In this document: one piece after another, positions 38,998 through 48,097 of the stretch | Layout of the letters: every line of letters starts with the position of its first letter | Numbering within the stretch: the stretch's first letter is position 1 | Source: Chloroflexota bacterium | Lineage (GTDB): Bacteria; Chloroflexota; Limnocylindria; P2-11E | Direction: 5' to 3' | Length of the DNA stretch: 62,483 nt | NCBI GenBank assembly: GCA_005889075.1 | Contig: VBDQ01000033.1 | Span: 1,398 to 63,880 of the forward strand | The notes under the pieces: model-generated | Told to the model about the DNA's origin: nothing | Database searches by the model: none | The model's input: only the letters and a program-made list of their open reading frames with translations | Translations under genes and position numbers: made by a program

Positions 38998-40893
38998 GTG
39001 CGCGCTGCCGTCGCCGAGCGCCGCAGGCTCAGTCCGAGGACGAACAAGGCGCGGCCGCGCCAGTCAGCTGCAGTCCGGCCAGCGTCCGCGGTACGGATCG
39101 ATTGGCGGACGTTGGTCGTCGGCGGGGCGGTGGTGGGTGCCTCGGCAATCCTCTACGGAGCGACCGCGGCGCGCGACATCGTCATCGGCGACTCGCCCGA
39201 GTTCGCGACGGTCGCGTTCACGCTCGGCGTCGCCCACCCGCCCGGATATCCGCTTTTCACCCTCATCGCCCATCTGTTCACGCTGCTGCCAGTCGAGCCG
39301 CTTCCCTTCCGGGTGAACCTCCTTTCGGTCGTCTGCGGCGCCGCAACGGTTGGCGTCTGCTACCTGACGGCGTGGCGGCTGACGACTAATCGGTGGGCGT
39401 CCGCTGGGATGGCGATCCTGCTCGCGATAAATCCGCTCTTCTGGAAATGGTCGCTCGCTATCGAGGTGTTCCCGCTGAACAACCTCATCGCCGCAACGAT
39501 GATCTACGTGCTCGTCCTTTGGCAGGAGCGGCCAACCCAAGTGCGCTTGCTCGTGCTCGCTGCCTTTTTAGGCGGACTTGGGATGAGCAATCACCAGACC
39601 ATCGTGCTGCTGGTGCCTGCGGTGCTGTACCTCCTGTGGCGCCAGCGAGCCGTGCTGCTCGCGCGGCCGCGAATGCTCGCGTTCTGCGCCGGCGCATGCG
39701 CTCTCGGGTTGATCCCGTATCTCTATCTGCCGTGGGCCGCTGCGCAGCGCCCACCATTGAACTGGGGGATGATCTCGTCCCTCGACGATCTCGCTGCGCA
39801 TTTCCTCCGTCGCGATTACGGGACCGGGCAGTTGATCAGCGCACCGGAATATCAGGGCGGTTCCGCGATCGCACGAGTCGCGGCGCTCCTCAACTCGTTC
39901 GGATTAGTCAACGGGACGCTCACGGCCCTCGGCGCGGTCCTCGCCTATCGCCGGCTGCGTTGGTACTTCTGGTTCGCGACCGTCGGTTTCGCGTTTGCTG
40001 GTCCGCTGTTCGTCATCTACTCGAACGTCAATCTGTCGGTCGGAGTGACGCTCTTCGTGCTCGAACGGTTTTTCTTGCTGTCTCTGGTCGTGATGGCCCC
40101 GCTCATGGCGTTCGGTCTGGTGTTCCTGACCGAGCTCGCGGTCGCGGGGCTCCGCGGCCGCCGGAGTGCGGCGCGCGCTGTTGTGGCGCTCGGCGCGGCT
40201 GCGGCGGTGCTCGGCGGAGTCGCGTTCAACTACCGGATGGTCGACCAGAGCGAGAACCATCTGGCACGTAATTTCGCGAGCGACGTCCTCGCCACCTTGG
40301 AACCAGGGTCGATCCTGCTCGCCGGTGGAGACGAGACCGTTCTGCCAATCTCTTACCTGCAGGCGGTGGAGCAGCTGCGGCCGGATGTCACGCTCGTGAT
40401 GCTCGGCTTGATCCGCACCGACTGGTACATGCGACAGCTCAGGGAGCGTCACCCGGATCTCGTGCTCCCCTTCGCTCGCTTCGACAGTATTTCGGGAACG
40501 ACAAGAGCGTTGGTCGACGCGAACCGTGGGCGACCGATCGGGGTGATCTGGGCGGCGCCGGACGACAGTCTCAAGACGAGCTACTGGTATTACAGCCGTG
40601 GACTCGTCCTTCAGCTGCTGCCGATGTCGCAGGATGTGACCCTCGACGAGATGGCATCGGAGAACGATCGGTTGCTCGGGAGCTACCGCCTGCCGGCGAT
40701 CGACCAGCTCAAGATGGGCACGTTCGAAAACGCGATCCTCGAGCAGTACGCGATGTCCGCCTACCGCGTCGGCAATGAGTACGAGCACGCGCAGCTCTAC
40801 GACGGTGCGCGGCAGTGGTACGACCGTGCCTTGTCGATCGATCCGGCGCTGGGTCCGGCTCGCTGGCGGCTCAGCCAGATCCCGCAGAGCTGA
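38998..40893 (+). CDS. DUF2723 / TMEM260-like GT-C glycosyltransferase (putative protein O-mannosyltransferase) with C-terminal TPR
   Basis: GDSPEF...LGVAHPPGYPLF, EVFPLN, SNHQT, PYLYLP...PLNWG, RPDV, terminal TPR-like YDRALSIDP. Confidence 0.85.
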   Translation: MRAAVAERRRLSPRTNKARPRQSAAVRPASAVRIDWRTLVVGGAVVGASAILYGATAARDIVIGDSPEFATVAFTLGVAHPPGYPLFTLIAHLFTLLPVEPLPFRVNLLSVVCGAATVGVCYLTAWRLTTNRWASAGMAILLAINPLFWKWSLAIEVFPLNNLIAATMIYVLVLWQERPTQVRLLVLAAFLGGLGMSNHQTIVLLVPAVLYLLWRQRAVLLARPRMLAFCAGACALGLIPYLYLPWAAAQRPPLNWGMISSLDDLAAHFLRRDYGTGQLISAPEYQGGSAIARVAALLNSFGLVNGTLTALGAVLAYRRLRWYFWFATVGFAFAGPLFVIYSNVNLSVGVTLFVLERFFLLSLVVMAPLMAFGLVFLTELAVAGLRGRRSAARAVVALGAAAAVLGGVAFNYRMVDQSENHLARNFASDVLATLEPGSILLAGGDETVLPISYLQAVEQLRPDVTLVMLGLIRTDWYMRQLRERHPDLVLPFARFDSISGTTRALVDANRGRPIGVIWAAPDDSLKTSYWYYSRGLVLQLLPMSQDVTLDEMASENDRLLGSYRLPAIDQLKMGTFENAILEQYAMSAYRVGNEYEHAQLYDGARQWYDRALSIDPALGPARWRLSQIPQS

Positions 40894-42213
40894 TCAGCCC
40901 ACGAACCCCCAGCGCGCCCAGAACTGGAACAGCAGCAAGAGCAAGATCGCGCTCACCGAGAGCCACGCGATCGCCATCCAGCGACGGGTCGAGAGCCACA
41001 TCGCGAGGAAGATGAAGCAGGGGAACAGGACCAATACGTAGCGTGACGCACTCCCCAGGGGCGAGATGTAACCGACGTGCGTGAACAGCAGCGCGAGCGA
41101 GGGCAGCGTGTAGAGCGCGTACGCAGCCGGAAGCCGCCTCGCCGCGACGAGGGCGATGCCACCGAAACCCAGCAGATTGACCAGGTTCAGCGCTTCGATC
41201 TCGGCGAGGTTTCCGTTCGCGCCGCCCGCCAGGATGTGGTTCCAGCCCGCTCTCAAGGCTTCCCACGGCGGCACGACCTGGTATCCCCACGCCGCGAGGA
41301 CCTCGAGTGAGGAGCGTTGTTCGCCCACGATGATCCGTTCGTAGAGCGTGACCGCCGCGGTCCCGGCTATGGGTAAGGCCGCGGCCATGAGCGCAGCGCC
41401 TGGCCGCCGCCCGCCACGGCGCATGATCCAGGGGAGCACGTCGTACGTTCGTAGGTACTCGAACGCGATCGCGAGCGCGAGGAAGATCCCTTGCGCGCGC
41501 GTGAGCGCCGCCAAGAAGCCGACCGCCCCCGCGGCCCACGGCCGGTCAGTCCTCGCAAGCCAGAACGCCGCGAGCGTCAGCGCGAGGAAGAGGCTTTCGG
41601 TGTAGGGCGCCAACAGGAAGAAACCGACCGGAAAGAGCGCGGTCAGCAAGACCGCGAGATACCCCACGGTGCTTGCGCCCGTTTCTCTTTGGGCGATTCG
41701 GTATAGCAGCCACATGGCCCCTACGAAGCTCACGCTCGTGACCAGAAGCTCCGCCACGACGATCTGGCCGCCGAGAGGCACGGAAACGACCCGCGAGAGG
41801 AGGGGATAGAGCGGAAAGAAGGCGGTCGTCCCATTGCCCGCGGCGTAGCCCTCCTCTGCGATGTGCTGATACCAGAGAGCGTCCCAGCGTTGCCACGTCG
41901 AGAGGAGTTCGCTCCATGGCTCGCCGCCCGTGATCACGAGGTCCTCCCAGTTCCCATGTACGATCCCGGCCCGCGGAGCGAGATTGATCGCAGCGACCGC
42001 CACCACCCCGAGGACGACACGCAGCCCGACGACGAGCACCACGCCGAGGCGCAAGCCGTCTCGTCGCGTCGTGAGTTGCGATTGACTTGCTGGTGAGGAC
42101 CTCGGTCGTGTCGGTCGCGAGCCTTCTTGGGACGGCGGCCGCGCGCCCGACCCGGCCGCATGCCGGCGCGAGCCCCGCTGTGCGTGCCGTTTGCCGCGTG
42201 CCCCTCTGGCCAC
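40894..42213 (-). CDS. PIG-V/GPI-mannosyltransferase-2-like GT-C membrane protein (true start probably downstream of 42213)
   Basis: RWDALWYQHIAEEGY, AFFPLYPLL, APYTESLFL, SRYVLVLFPCF. Confidence 0.85.
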   Translation of the reverse strand: MARGARGKRHAQRGSRRHAAGSGARPPSQEGSRPTRPRSSPASQSQLTTRRDGLRLGVVLVVGLRVVLGVVAVAAINLAPRAGIVHGNWEDLVITGGEPWSELLSTWQRWDALWYQHIAEEGYAAGNGTTAFFPLYPLLSRVVSVPLGGQIVVAELLVTSVSFVGAMWLLYRIAQRETGASTVGYLAVLLTALFPVGFFLLAPYTESLFLALTLAAFWLARTDRPWAAGAVGFLAALTRAQGIFLALAIAFEYLRTYDVLPWIMRRGGRRPGAALMAAALPIAGTAAVTLYERIIVGEQRSSLEVLAAWGYQVVPPWEALRAGWNHILAGGANGNLAEIEALNLVNLLGFGGIALVAARRLPAAYALYTLPSLALLFTHVGYISPLGSASRYVLVLFPCFIFLAMWLSTRRWMAIAWLSVSAILLLLLFQFWARWGFVG

Positions 42214-42235
42214 CCTGCGCGCCCGCGCGAGCCTA

Positions 42236-44431
42236 TCAAGTCTCCGGCGCGAGAGACTCCCACAGAACCTCAGCCAGGTGGCGCACGCGTACGGGCTTTC
42301 GGCGGGTATCGAGCCCTCCGCGCAGATGCGTCAGGCAGCCCGGGTTGTCAGCGATGACGCAATCGACCCCCGTCGCTTCGATGTTGGCGAGCTTGCGCTC
42401 GAGCACCCGGTTCGCGACCTCGGGGTACTCGAAGCTGAAGCTTCCGCCGAACCCGCAGCAGACCGACGACTCCGACATCTCCACAATCTCGACGCCGGCG
42501 ACGTCGCGGAGCAGCGTCCTCGGCTCGTCATGCACGCCGAGCACGTTCGCCGACTGACATGCGTCGTGGTAGGTCGCGCGAAGACCGAGCGCACGTCCCT
42601 TGAGGCCACGGCCGCTCGCGCGTTCGGCGGCGAAAGTCGTGAACGGTCTGATCCGCTCGGCGAGGCTCCGGGCGCGCACCGCCCAGGGAGCAGGGGCCCT
42701 CGATCCCGTAGGGTCTGGCTCCGCGGCGAGAAGCCGGGGGTAGTCATCGGTGATCGTGATCGCGCACGAGGACGAGGGGATCACGATCCGGTCGGCCCTC
42801 ACGTGCTCGAGCGCCGCGATCGCATCCTTCGCCATCGTGATCGCCGTCGGCCGATCCCCGCTGTTGAGCTGCGGCAGACCGCAGCAGCGGCGGCCTTCGA
42901 CCATGTGCACCTCGCAGCCGAGGCACTGGAGCACGCGTGCCGCGGCGTAGCCGGCCGATGGGAGGAAGTGGTCGACGATGCACGAAGGAAAGAGCGCGAC
43001 CTGCATGTCGGCTGCCGTCGGATTGGTCTGCGTCACTTCCCGCGCGCGGTAGTGGAGAGGGTGATCGGCGACGGCTGGAAGGCTCTTCTCCTGCGCGATC
43101 GTGCCGAAGGGAAGGCGAATGACGCCGTCACGGCGCAGCGGATTCTGAAGCGTCGCCAGCCACCCGGTGACCCGATCGATGCGCTCGGGTGACGACCACT
43201 GCCGGAGAAAGAGCCGTTTCGCCCACGACATGCCGGTCCGCTCGATCGCCTTCGCGCGGACGTCGGTGATGAGCGCGGCGAGCGGGATGCCGACCGGACA
43301 GACGGTGTCGCAGGCATTGCAGCCCATGCACATGTACTGCTCGTTCGCGACGCTGTCGATGCCGTGGTGCCATGGTGAGACCACCAGGCCGATCGGCGCG
43401 GTGTAGATATGGCCGAACACGTGGCCGCCGACCTCGAGATAGCTCGGGCAAACGTTGCTGCACGCGCCGCAGCGAATGCAGCGGAGCGCGTCGCGGAAGA
43501 AGGGGTCCTCGCGCATGGCGGTGCGACCGTTGTCGAGTAGGACGAAGTGCAGCTCCTTCGGCCCATGGACGCCGATCTGGGTCTTGAGCTCGATGTCGGC
43601 GCTGCGCGACGGGCCGGTGATGAACTGCGTGTACGAGGTGATCTTCTGGCCGGTACCGCTGCGGGCGAGCAGCTTCACGATCGCGACCGCATCGTCGATC
43701 GTCGGGACGATCTTCTCGATCCCGACGACGGCGATGTGCACCGAGGGCAGCGTCGTCGCGAGATCGGCATTGCCCTCGTTCGTGACGAGCATGAGCGTGC
43801 CGGTCTCGGCGATCAGCGCGTTTCCGCCGGTGATGCCGATGTCGGCGTCGAGGAAGCTCTGGCGTAGCTCCTTCCGCGCGACGGCGACGAGCGAGGCGGT
43901 GTCGTCCGGTACGGGGTGACCGACGACCTTCGCGAAGAGGCGCGCGACCTCCTCGCGCGTCTTGTGGATCGCCGGAGCGATGAGGTGCGAGGGACGCTCT
44001 CCGGCGAGCTGGATGATCCACTCGCCGAGGTCCGTCTCGACCGTTCGCACGCCCTGCGACTCGAGGTGTTCGGTGAGACCGATCTCCTCCGTCGCCATCG
44101 ACTTCGACTTCACGACGAGCTTCGCCTTTTTCGCGCGGCAGATCGCGCCGACGATCCGGCGCGCCTCGTCCGCGTCGACCGCGCGATAGACCTTCGCCCC
44201 GACGGCCTCGGCCTCCCTGGTGAAGCGTTCGATCAGCTCGGGCATCGCGTCGATCGCCCAGGTCTTTCGCGTCGTCAGGTCGGCGCGTAGGCCTTCCCAA
44301 TCGATCTCGCGCATACGGTTGTCGCGCCGCTCGCGGAGCTCCGGCAACGCGCGGCGCAACGCCGTCCGCAGGCGCTCTGACGACAGCGCCCGGTCCAGGC
44401 GCCGGTGGAACTCGGTCTTAGACGCCGTCAC
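42236..44431 (-). CDS. Lactate utilisation LutB (LUD + 4Fe-4S) fused to LutA-like CCG domains
   Basis: KSKSMATEE, ETDLGEWIIQL, TNEGN, CIRCGAC, CCG x2, YHDAC, DNPGC. Confidence 0.9.
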   Translation of the reverse strand: MTASKTEFHRRLDRALSSERLRTALRRALPELRERRDNRMREIDWEGLRADLTTRKTWAIDAMPELIERFTREAEAVGAKVYRAVDADEARRIVGAICRAKKAKLVVKSKSMATEEIGLTEHLESQGVRTVETDLGEWIIQLAGERPSHLIAPAIHKTREEVARLFAKVVGHPVPDDTASLVAVARKELRQSFLDADIGITGGNALIAETGTLMLVTNEGNADLATTLPSVHIAVVGIEKIVPTIDDAVAIVKLLARSGTGQKITSYTQFITGPSRSADIELKTQIGVHGPKELHFVLLDNGRTAMREDPFFRDALRCIRCGACSNVCPSYLEVGGHVFGHIYTAPIGLVVSPWHHGIDSVANEQYMCMGCNACDTVCPVGIPLAALITDVRAKAIERTGMSWAKRLFLRQWSSPERIDRVTGWLATLQNPLRRDGVIRLPFGTIAQEKSLPAVADHPLHYRAREVTQTNPTAADMQVALFPSCIVDHFLPSAGYAAARVLQCLGCEVHMVEGRRCCGLPQLNSGDRPTAITMAKDAIAALEHVRADRIVIPSSSCAITITDDYPRLLAAEPDPTGSRAPAPWAVRARSLAERIRPFTTFAAERASGRGLKGRALGLRATYHDACQSANVLGVHDEPRTLLRDVAGVEIVEMSESSVCCGFGGSFSFEYPEVANRVLERKLANIEATGVDCVIADNPGCLTHLRGGLDTRRKPVRVRHLAEVLWESLAPET

Positions 44432-44455
44432 GTGGGTGCACCGTAGCGCAGACGC

Positions 44456-45625
44456 TCATCCGGCCTCCGGAAGGGCCCGTCGCACGACGAGCGATGCCGT
44501 CGTGCCCTGCATGATCAGCGTCACGAGGACGATGCCGAAGCTCACCTGCTGGATGAGCTCGCGCTCGGGAAAGTCCGCGGGCAGCGAGAGCGCCGCGGCG
44601 AGCGCGATCGCGCCGCGCAGGCCGGACCAGAAGACGACGTGAGCCCAGCCGCGCGGCACGGGTCGGGCCCGCCGCCAGACATGGATGACCTGCGCCGGTA
44701 GGTACACCATGAGCGCTCTCGCGGCGACGACCGCTGTCGTCCCGACCGCGATCGCGAGCGGCGCGTGTCCCAGCCCGGGCAGGCTGATCGCGAAGCCGAT
44801 GAGCAGGAAGACGAGTGAGGTCAGGGCGAACGCGATGACCTCCCAGAGGTCCTCGACCTCGTCGACCATCGGCGTGGCGGAACGACTTCTCCGCATCGCG
44901 GTGCCGAGAACGATCCCCGCGACCACCGTCGCGAGGATGCCCGAGAGCCCGACCGCCGCAGCGAGCTGGTAGGTGCCGTACGCGAGGACGACGGTGACGG
45001 CGAGCTGGATCGTTCGTTCGCCGGTCGCGGCGATGGCGCGCGATGCGATGACCGCGCCCGCGGTGCCGACCACGGCGCTCACGACCACGGTGATCACGAA
45101 GAGGACGATCCCGTCTCCGAGACCGATCCCTTCGGTGACCGCGCGCACCGCGAGAGCGAAGAGCACGAGCCCCGTACCGTCGTTGAGAAGACTCTCGGCC
45201 TCCACCAGCGTCCGCAGCCCGGCGGGCACGTGCAGCCGGGACATCGTCGCGACGACCGCGACTGGATCGGTCGCCGCGGTGATCGAGCCGATCACGAACG
45301 CGAGCGCGATTGGAAGACCGATGACGCTCAGGGCGACCGCAACGACGGCGGCCGACGCGACGACGCCAGGCCCGGCGAGGCCGAGGACGGGCCCGAGCAC
45401 CGCGCGAAGATCGTTCCACTCGATCGCGTAGGCCGCGGCGAAAACGAGCCCCGGGACGAAGACGCTCAAGACCAGCGTCGGCGTGACCGCAAACCGCATC
45501 TCGGGGAAGACCGTCGCGCCGACGAGACCGACGACGACGAGCAGGACCGATTCGGGAAGGACGAGCCGGCGTGCGACGACCGCGACGGCAGTCGCGATGG
45601 CGAAGAGTGCGACCGCGACGAGCTC
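44456..45625 (-). CDS. CPA1 cation:proton antiporter (start codon unclear)
   Basis: ATDPVAVV, EAESLLNDG, SGILA, WSGLRGAI. Hydrophobic frame extends upstream of ATG 45499 to ~45625. Confidence 0.87.
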   Translation of the reverse strand, partial: ELVAVALFAIATAVAVVARRLVLPESVLLVVVGLVGATVFPEMRFAVTPTLVLSVFVPGLVFAAAYAIEWNDLRAVLGPVLGLAGPGVVASAAVVAVALSVIGLPIALAFVIGSITAATDPVAVVATMSRLHVPAGLRTLVEAESLLNDGTGLVLFALAVRAVTEGIGLGDGIVLFVITVVVSAVVGTAGAVIASRAIAATGERTIQLAVTVVLAYGTYQLAAAVGLSGILATVVAGIVLGTAMRRSRSATPMVDEVEDLWEVIAFALTSLVFLLIGFAISLPGLGHAPLAIAVGTTAVVAARALMVYLPAQVIHVWRRARPVPRGWAHVVFWSGLRGAIALAAALSLPADFPERELIQQVSFGIVLVTLIMQGTTASLVVRRALPEAG

Positions 45626-46940
45626 AGGCGGCGCGGTACGCCTCGTCGAGAAGATCGAACAGGTGGATCACGCGCGCCTTGGAGCCAGCCCGTCGCAGCC
45701 CTGCCTGGATCTGCATCAGGCAGCCGGGATTGGCGGTGACGACGATCTCCGCGTCCGTTCGCAGGACGTTCGCGACCTTGCGGTCCAGGAGCGCGCGCGC
45801 GAGATCCGGCTGCGTGACGTTGTAGGTGCCCGCACTTCCGCAGCACATGTCGGCCTCCACGAGCGGAACGAGCTCGAGGCCGGTGATCGCCGCGAGCAAC
45901 GCCCGCGGCTGCACGCTCACGCGCTGGCCGTGGAGAAGGTGACACGGATCGTCATATGTCGCGCGAGCGTGGATCGCTCCGGGCATCACGCTGAGGCCGA
46001 GGTCACCCAGGTACTCGGTCGCATCGCGCACACGGCCTGCGAACCGCATCGCGCGATCGGCCCACGCCGGGTCGTCCTTCAAGAGCCAGCCGTACTCCTT
46101 CATCGCGGCTCCGCACCCGGCAGCGTTCACGATGATCGCGTCCGCTTCCGCCTTCTCGAACGCCACAACGTTCCGGCGGGCCAGCGCACGGCCCCGCTCG
46201 CGTTCTCCAGCATGCGTGTGGAGCGCGCCGCAGCACGTCTGCTCGCCGACGACGATCACCTCGACCCCATTTCGCGCGAGCACGCGCGCCGTCGCCGCGT
46301 TCGTCGACCCGAACGCGCTGCCCATGACACAACCGCTGAACATCGCCACGCGCGCTCGCCGTTCGCCGATGGCCGCGACGACCCCTTGCGGGCCCTCCGC
46401 GCTGGTCTGGTCGGGAACGAGGTCCAGAAGCTCGGCGAGCCGTGAGGCCGACCGGAGCCTCATCGCACGCAGGAGCTTCGCGACGTGTAGCCGCTTCGCC
46501 AGGCTGGAAAGCATCGCGAACCCCGCCAGCGTCCTCCGATGCGGGATGAGCCAATCGAACGCGACCGCTCGCACGAACCGCTCGACCGCCGATCGCGGGC
46601 GCGCCATCAGGATCTGCGAACGCGCGGCCTCGACCAGCTTGCCGTACTCGACGCCCGAGGGGCACGCCGTCTCGCACGCGCGGCAGTCGACGCACTGCGA
46701 AATGTGCTTGTCGAATCCGGCCGAGTCCGCGCCGACGCGGCCCTCCCACACCGTCTTCATCAGCCGGATGCGTCCGCGCGGTGAGTCGGTCTCGACCCCG
46801 AGCACCGCGTAGGTCGGGCAGGTCGGTAGGCAGAAGCCGCAGTGCACGCAGCGGGCGATCAGGTCTTCCGACGGCGCGTCGGCGTTGGGATATGGGAGCG
46901 GGCTGGGGGCTTGGGGGGCAACGCCCCCCAATTGCTTCAT
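45624..46940 (-). CDS. glcF: Glycolate oxidase Fe-S subunit
   Basis: CVHCGFCLPTCPTY, DSPRGR, CETACPSGVEY, CCG x2, TANPGC. Confidence 0.92.
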   Translation of the reverse strand: MKQLGGVAPQAPSPLPYPNADAPSEDLIARCVHCGFCLPTCPTYAVLGVETDSPRGRIRLMKTVWEGRVGADSAGFDKHISQCVDCRACETACPSGVEYGKLVEAARSQILMARPRSAVERFVRAVAFDWLIPHRRTLAGFAMLSSLAKRLHVAKLLRAMRLRSASRLAELLDLVPDQTSAEGPQGVVAAIGERRARVAMFSGCVMGSAFGSTNAATARVLARNGVEVIVVGEQTCCGALHTHAGERERGRALARRNVVAFEKAEADAIIVNAAGCGAAMKEYGWLLKDDPAWADRAMRFAGRVRDATEYLGDLGLSVMPGAIHARATYDDPCHLLHGQRVSVQPRALLAAITGLELVPLVEADMCCGSAGTYNVTQPDLARALLDRKVANVLRTDAEIVVTANPGCLMQIQAGLRRAGSKARVIHLFDLLDEAYRAA

Positions 46941-48097
46941 GCGACTGCCGAACGCCCCGGCTCGAGGATGCCCGCGGGATCGAACGCCGACTTAAGTCGC
47001 CGCATGAGCGCTTCGCCCGACGGACGCGCCGGCCACGCGCCAAGGCGCGCGCGCAGCTGCTCGGCGCGCCGCTCGACCCGACCGTTGCCCTCAACGACCC
47101 GGGCCGCCAGGACCAGAGCTTCAGCGTCGGTAGCGACGGCATCGTCGTCGCCGATGAGATGGATCCGGTGGATGCCGCTCGCCGCGTCGGCGACCAGTGC
47201 CGCGAACGTTCCCACGCGAGACCCCGTCTCGGCGAACGCGGACTGTGCCGCGAGCGGCAACGCCACTCGCACGAGGGCGCCGTCCACCGCGCGCGCGGGG
47301 AGCTCTCGCAGCTCGGTCAGCTCATTCGTGAGCGGCGCGATCTCGCCGCCGCGCGCGAGGCTCTCGCGCTCCGCATCGCTGATCGCGCGCCTCACCGAGT
47401 GCGCGTCACCGCGAGCCGCGATCACGAGGCGCCATCCCCCGCGCTCCCCGCGCGTGACGACGAGCGCTGCGGGCCGTGAAGCCGCGCGCACCAGCGCGGC
47501 GGCCGCCGCGAAGGCGCGCGGCGCGTCGGCGAAGCGAGCGACGACGCCGTCGGTAGCGGCCGGCGAGGGAAGGACCTTCAACGTCGCCTCGACGATCACG
47601 CCGAGCGTACCGAGCGAACCGACGAAGAGCTTGTCGAGGTCATACCCCGCGACGTTCTTGACGACGCGGCCGCCCGCGCGAACGACGGTCCCGTCCGTTA
47701 GCGCCATGCGCGTGCCGATCAAGAGGTCGCGCACCCCGCCGTAGCGCGAGCGCCAGAATCCATTCGCGTTCGCGGCAATGACGCCGCCGACCGTCGCGCC
47801 GTCTGCGTGGGGCGGATCGAGCGGCAGGAACTGGCCGAAGCGCGCCAGCGACGAAACCAGGTCCGCGACCCGCGTCCCGGCCGCGACCGTGACAGTGAGG
47901 TCTGCCGGAACGTGATCGATGATCCCGGAGATGCTCGTCGTCCGCAGCTCGAGGTCGCACTCGCGGGCATCGCCAAGGTAGCCCTTCGTCATGCCGCCCG
48001 CGATGCGGACAGCATGACGATCCCGGCTCGCTTCGGCCAGGAGGCGCGCGCACTCCGCGGCGTCCGCCGGCTGGACACGAACCACCACCGCGCTCAC
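46937..48097 (-). CDS. glcE: Glycolate oxidase FAD-binding subunit
   Basis: GGRVVKNVAGYDL, GSLGTLG, FDPAGILEPG. GTG 48097 overlaps the glcD stop. Confidence 0.88.
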   Translation of the reverse strand: MSAVVVRVQPADAAECARLLAEASRDRHAVRIAGGMTKGYLGDARECDLELRTTSISGIIDHVPADLTVTVAAGTRVADLVSSLARFGQFLPLDPPHADGATVGGVIAANANGFWRSRYGGVRDLLIGTRMALTDGTVVRAGGRVVKNVAGYDLDKLFVGSLGTLGVIVEATLKVLPSPAATDGVVARFADAPRAFAAAAALVRAASRPAALVVTRGERGGWRLVIAARGDAHSVRRAISDAERESLARGGEIAPLTNELTELRELPARAVDGALVRVALPLAAQSAFAETGSRVGTFAALVADAASGIHRIHLIGDDDAVATDAEALVLAARVVEGNGRVERRAEQLRARLGAWPARPSGEALMRRLKSAFDPAGILEPGRSAVA

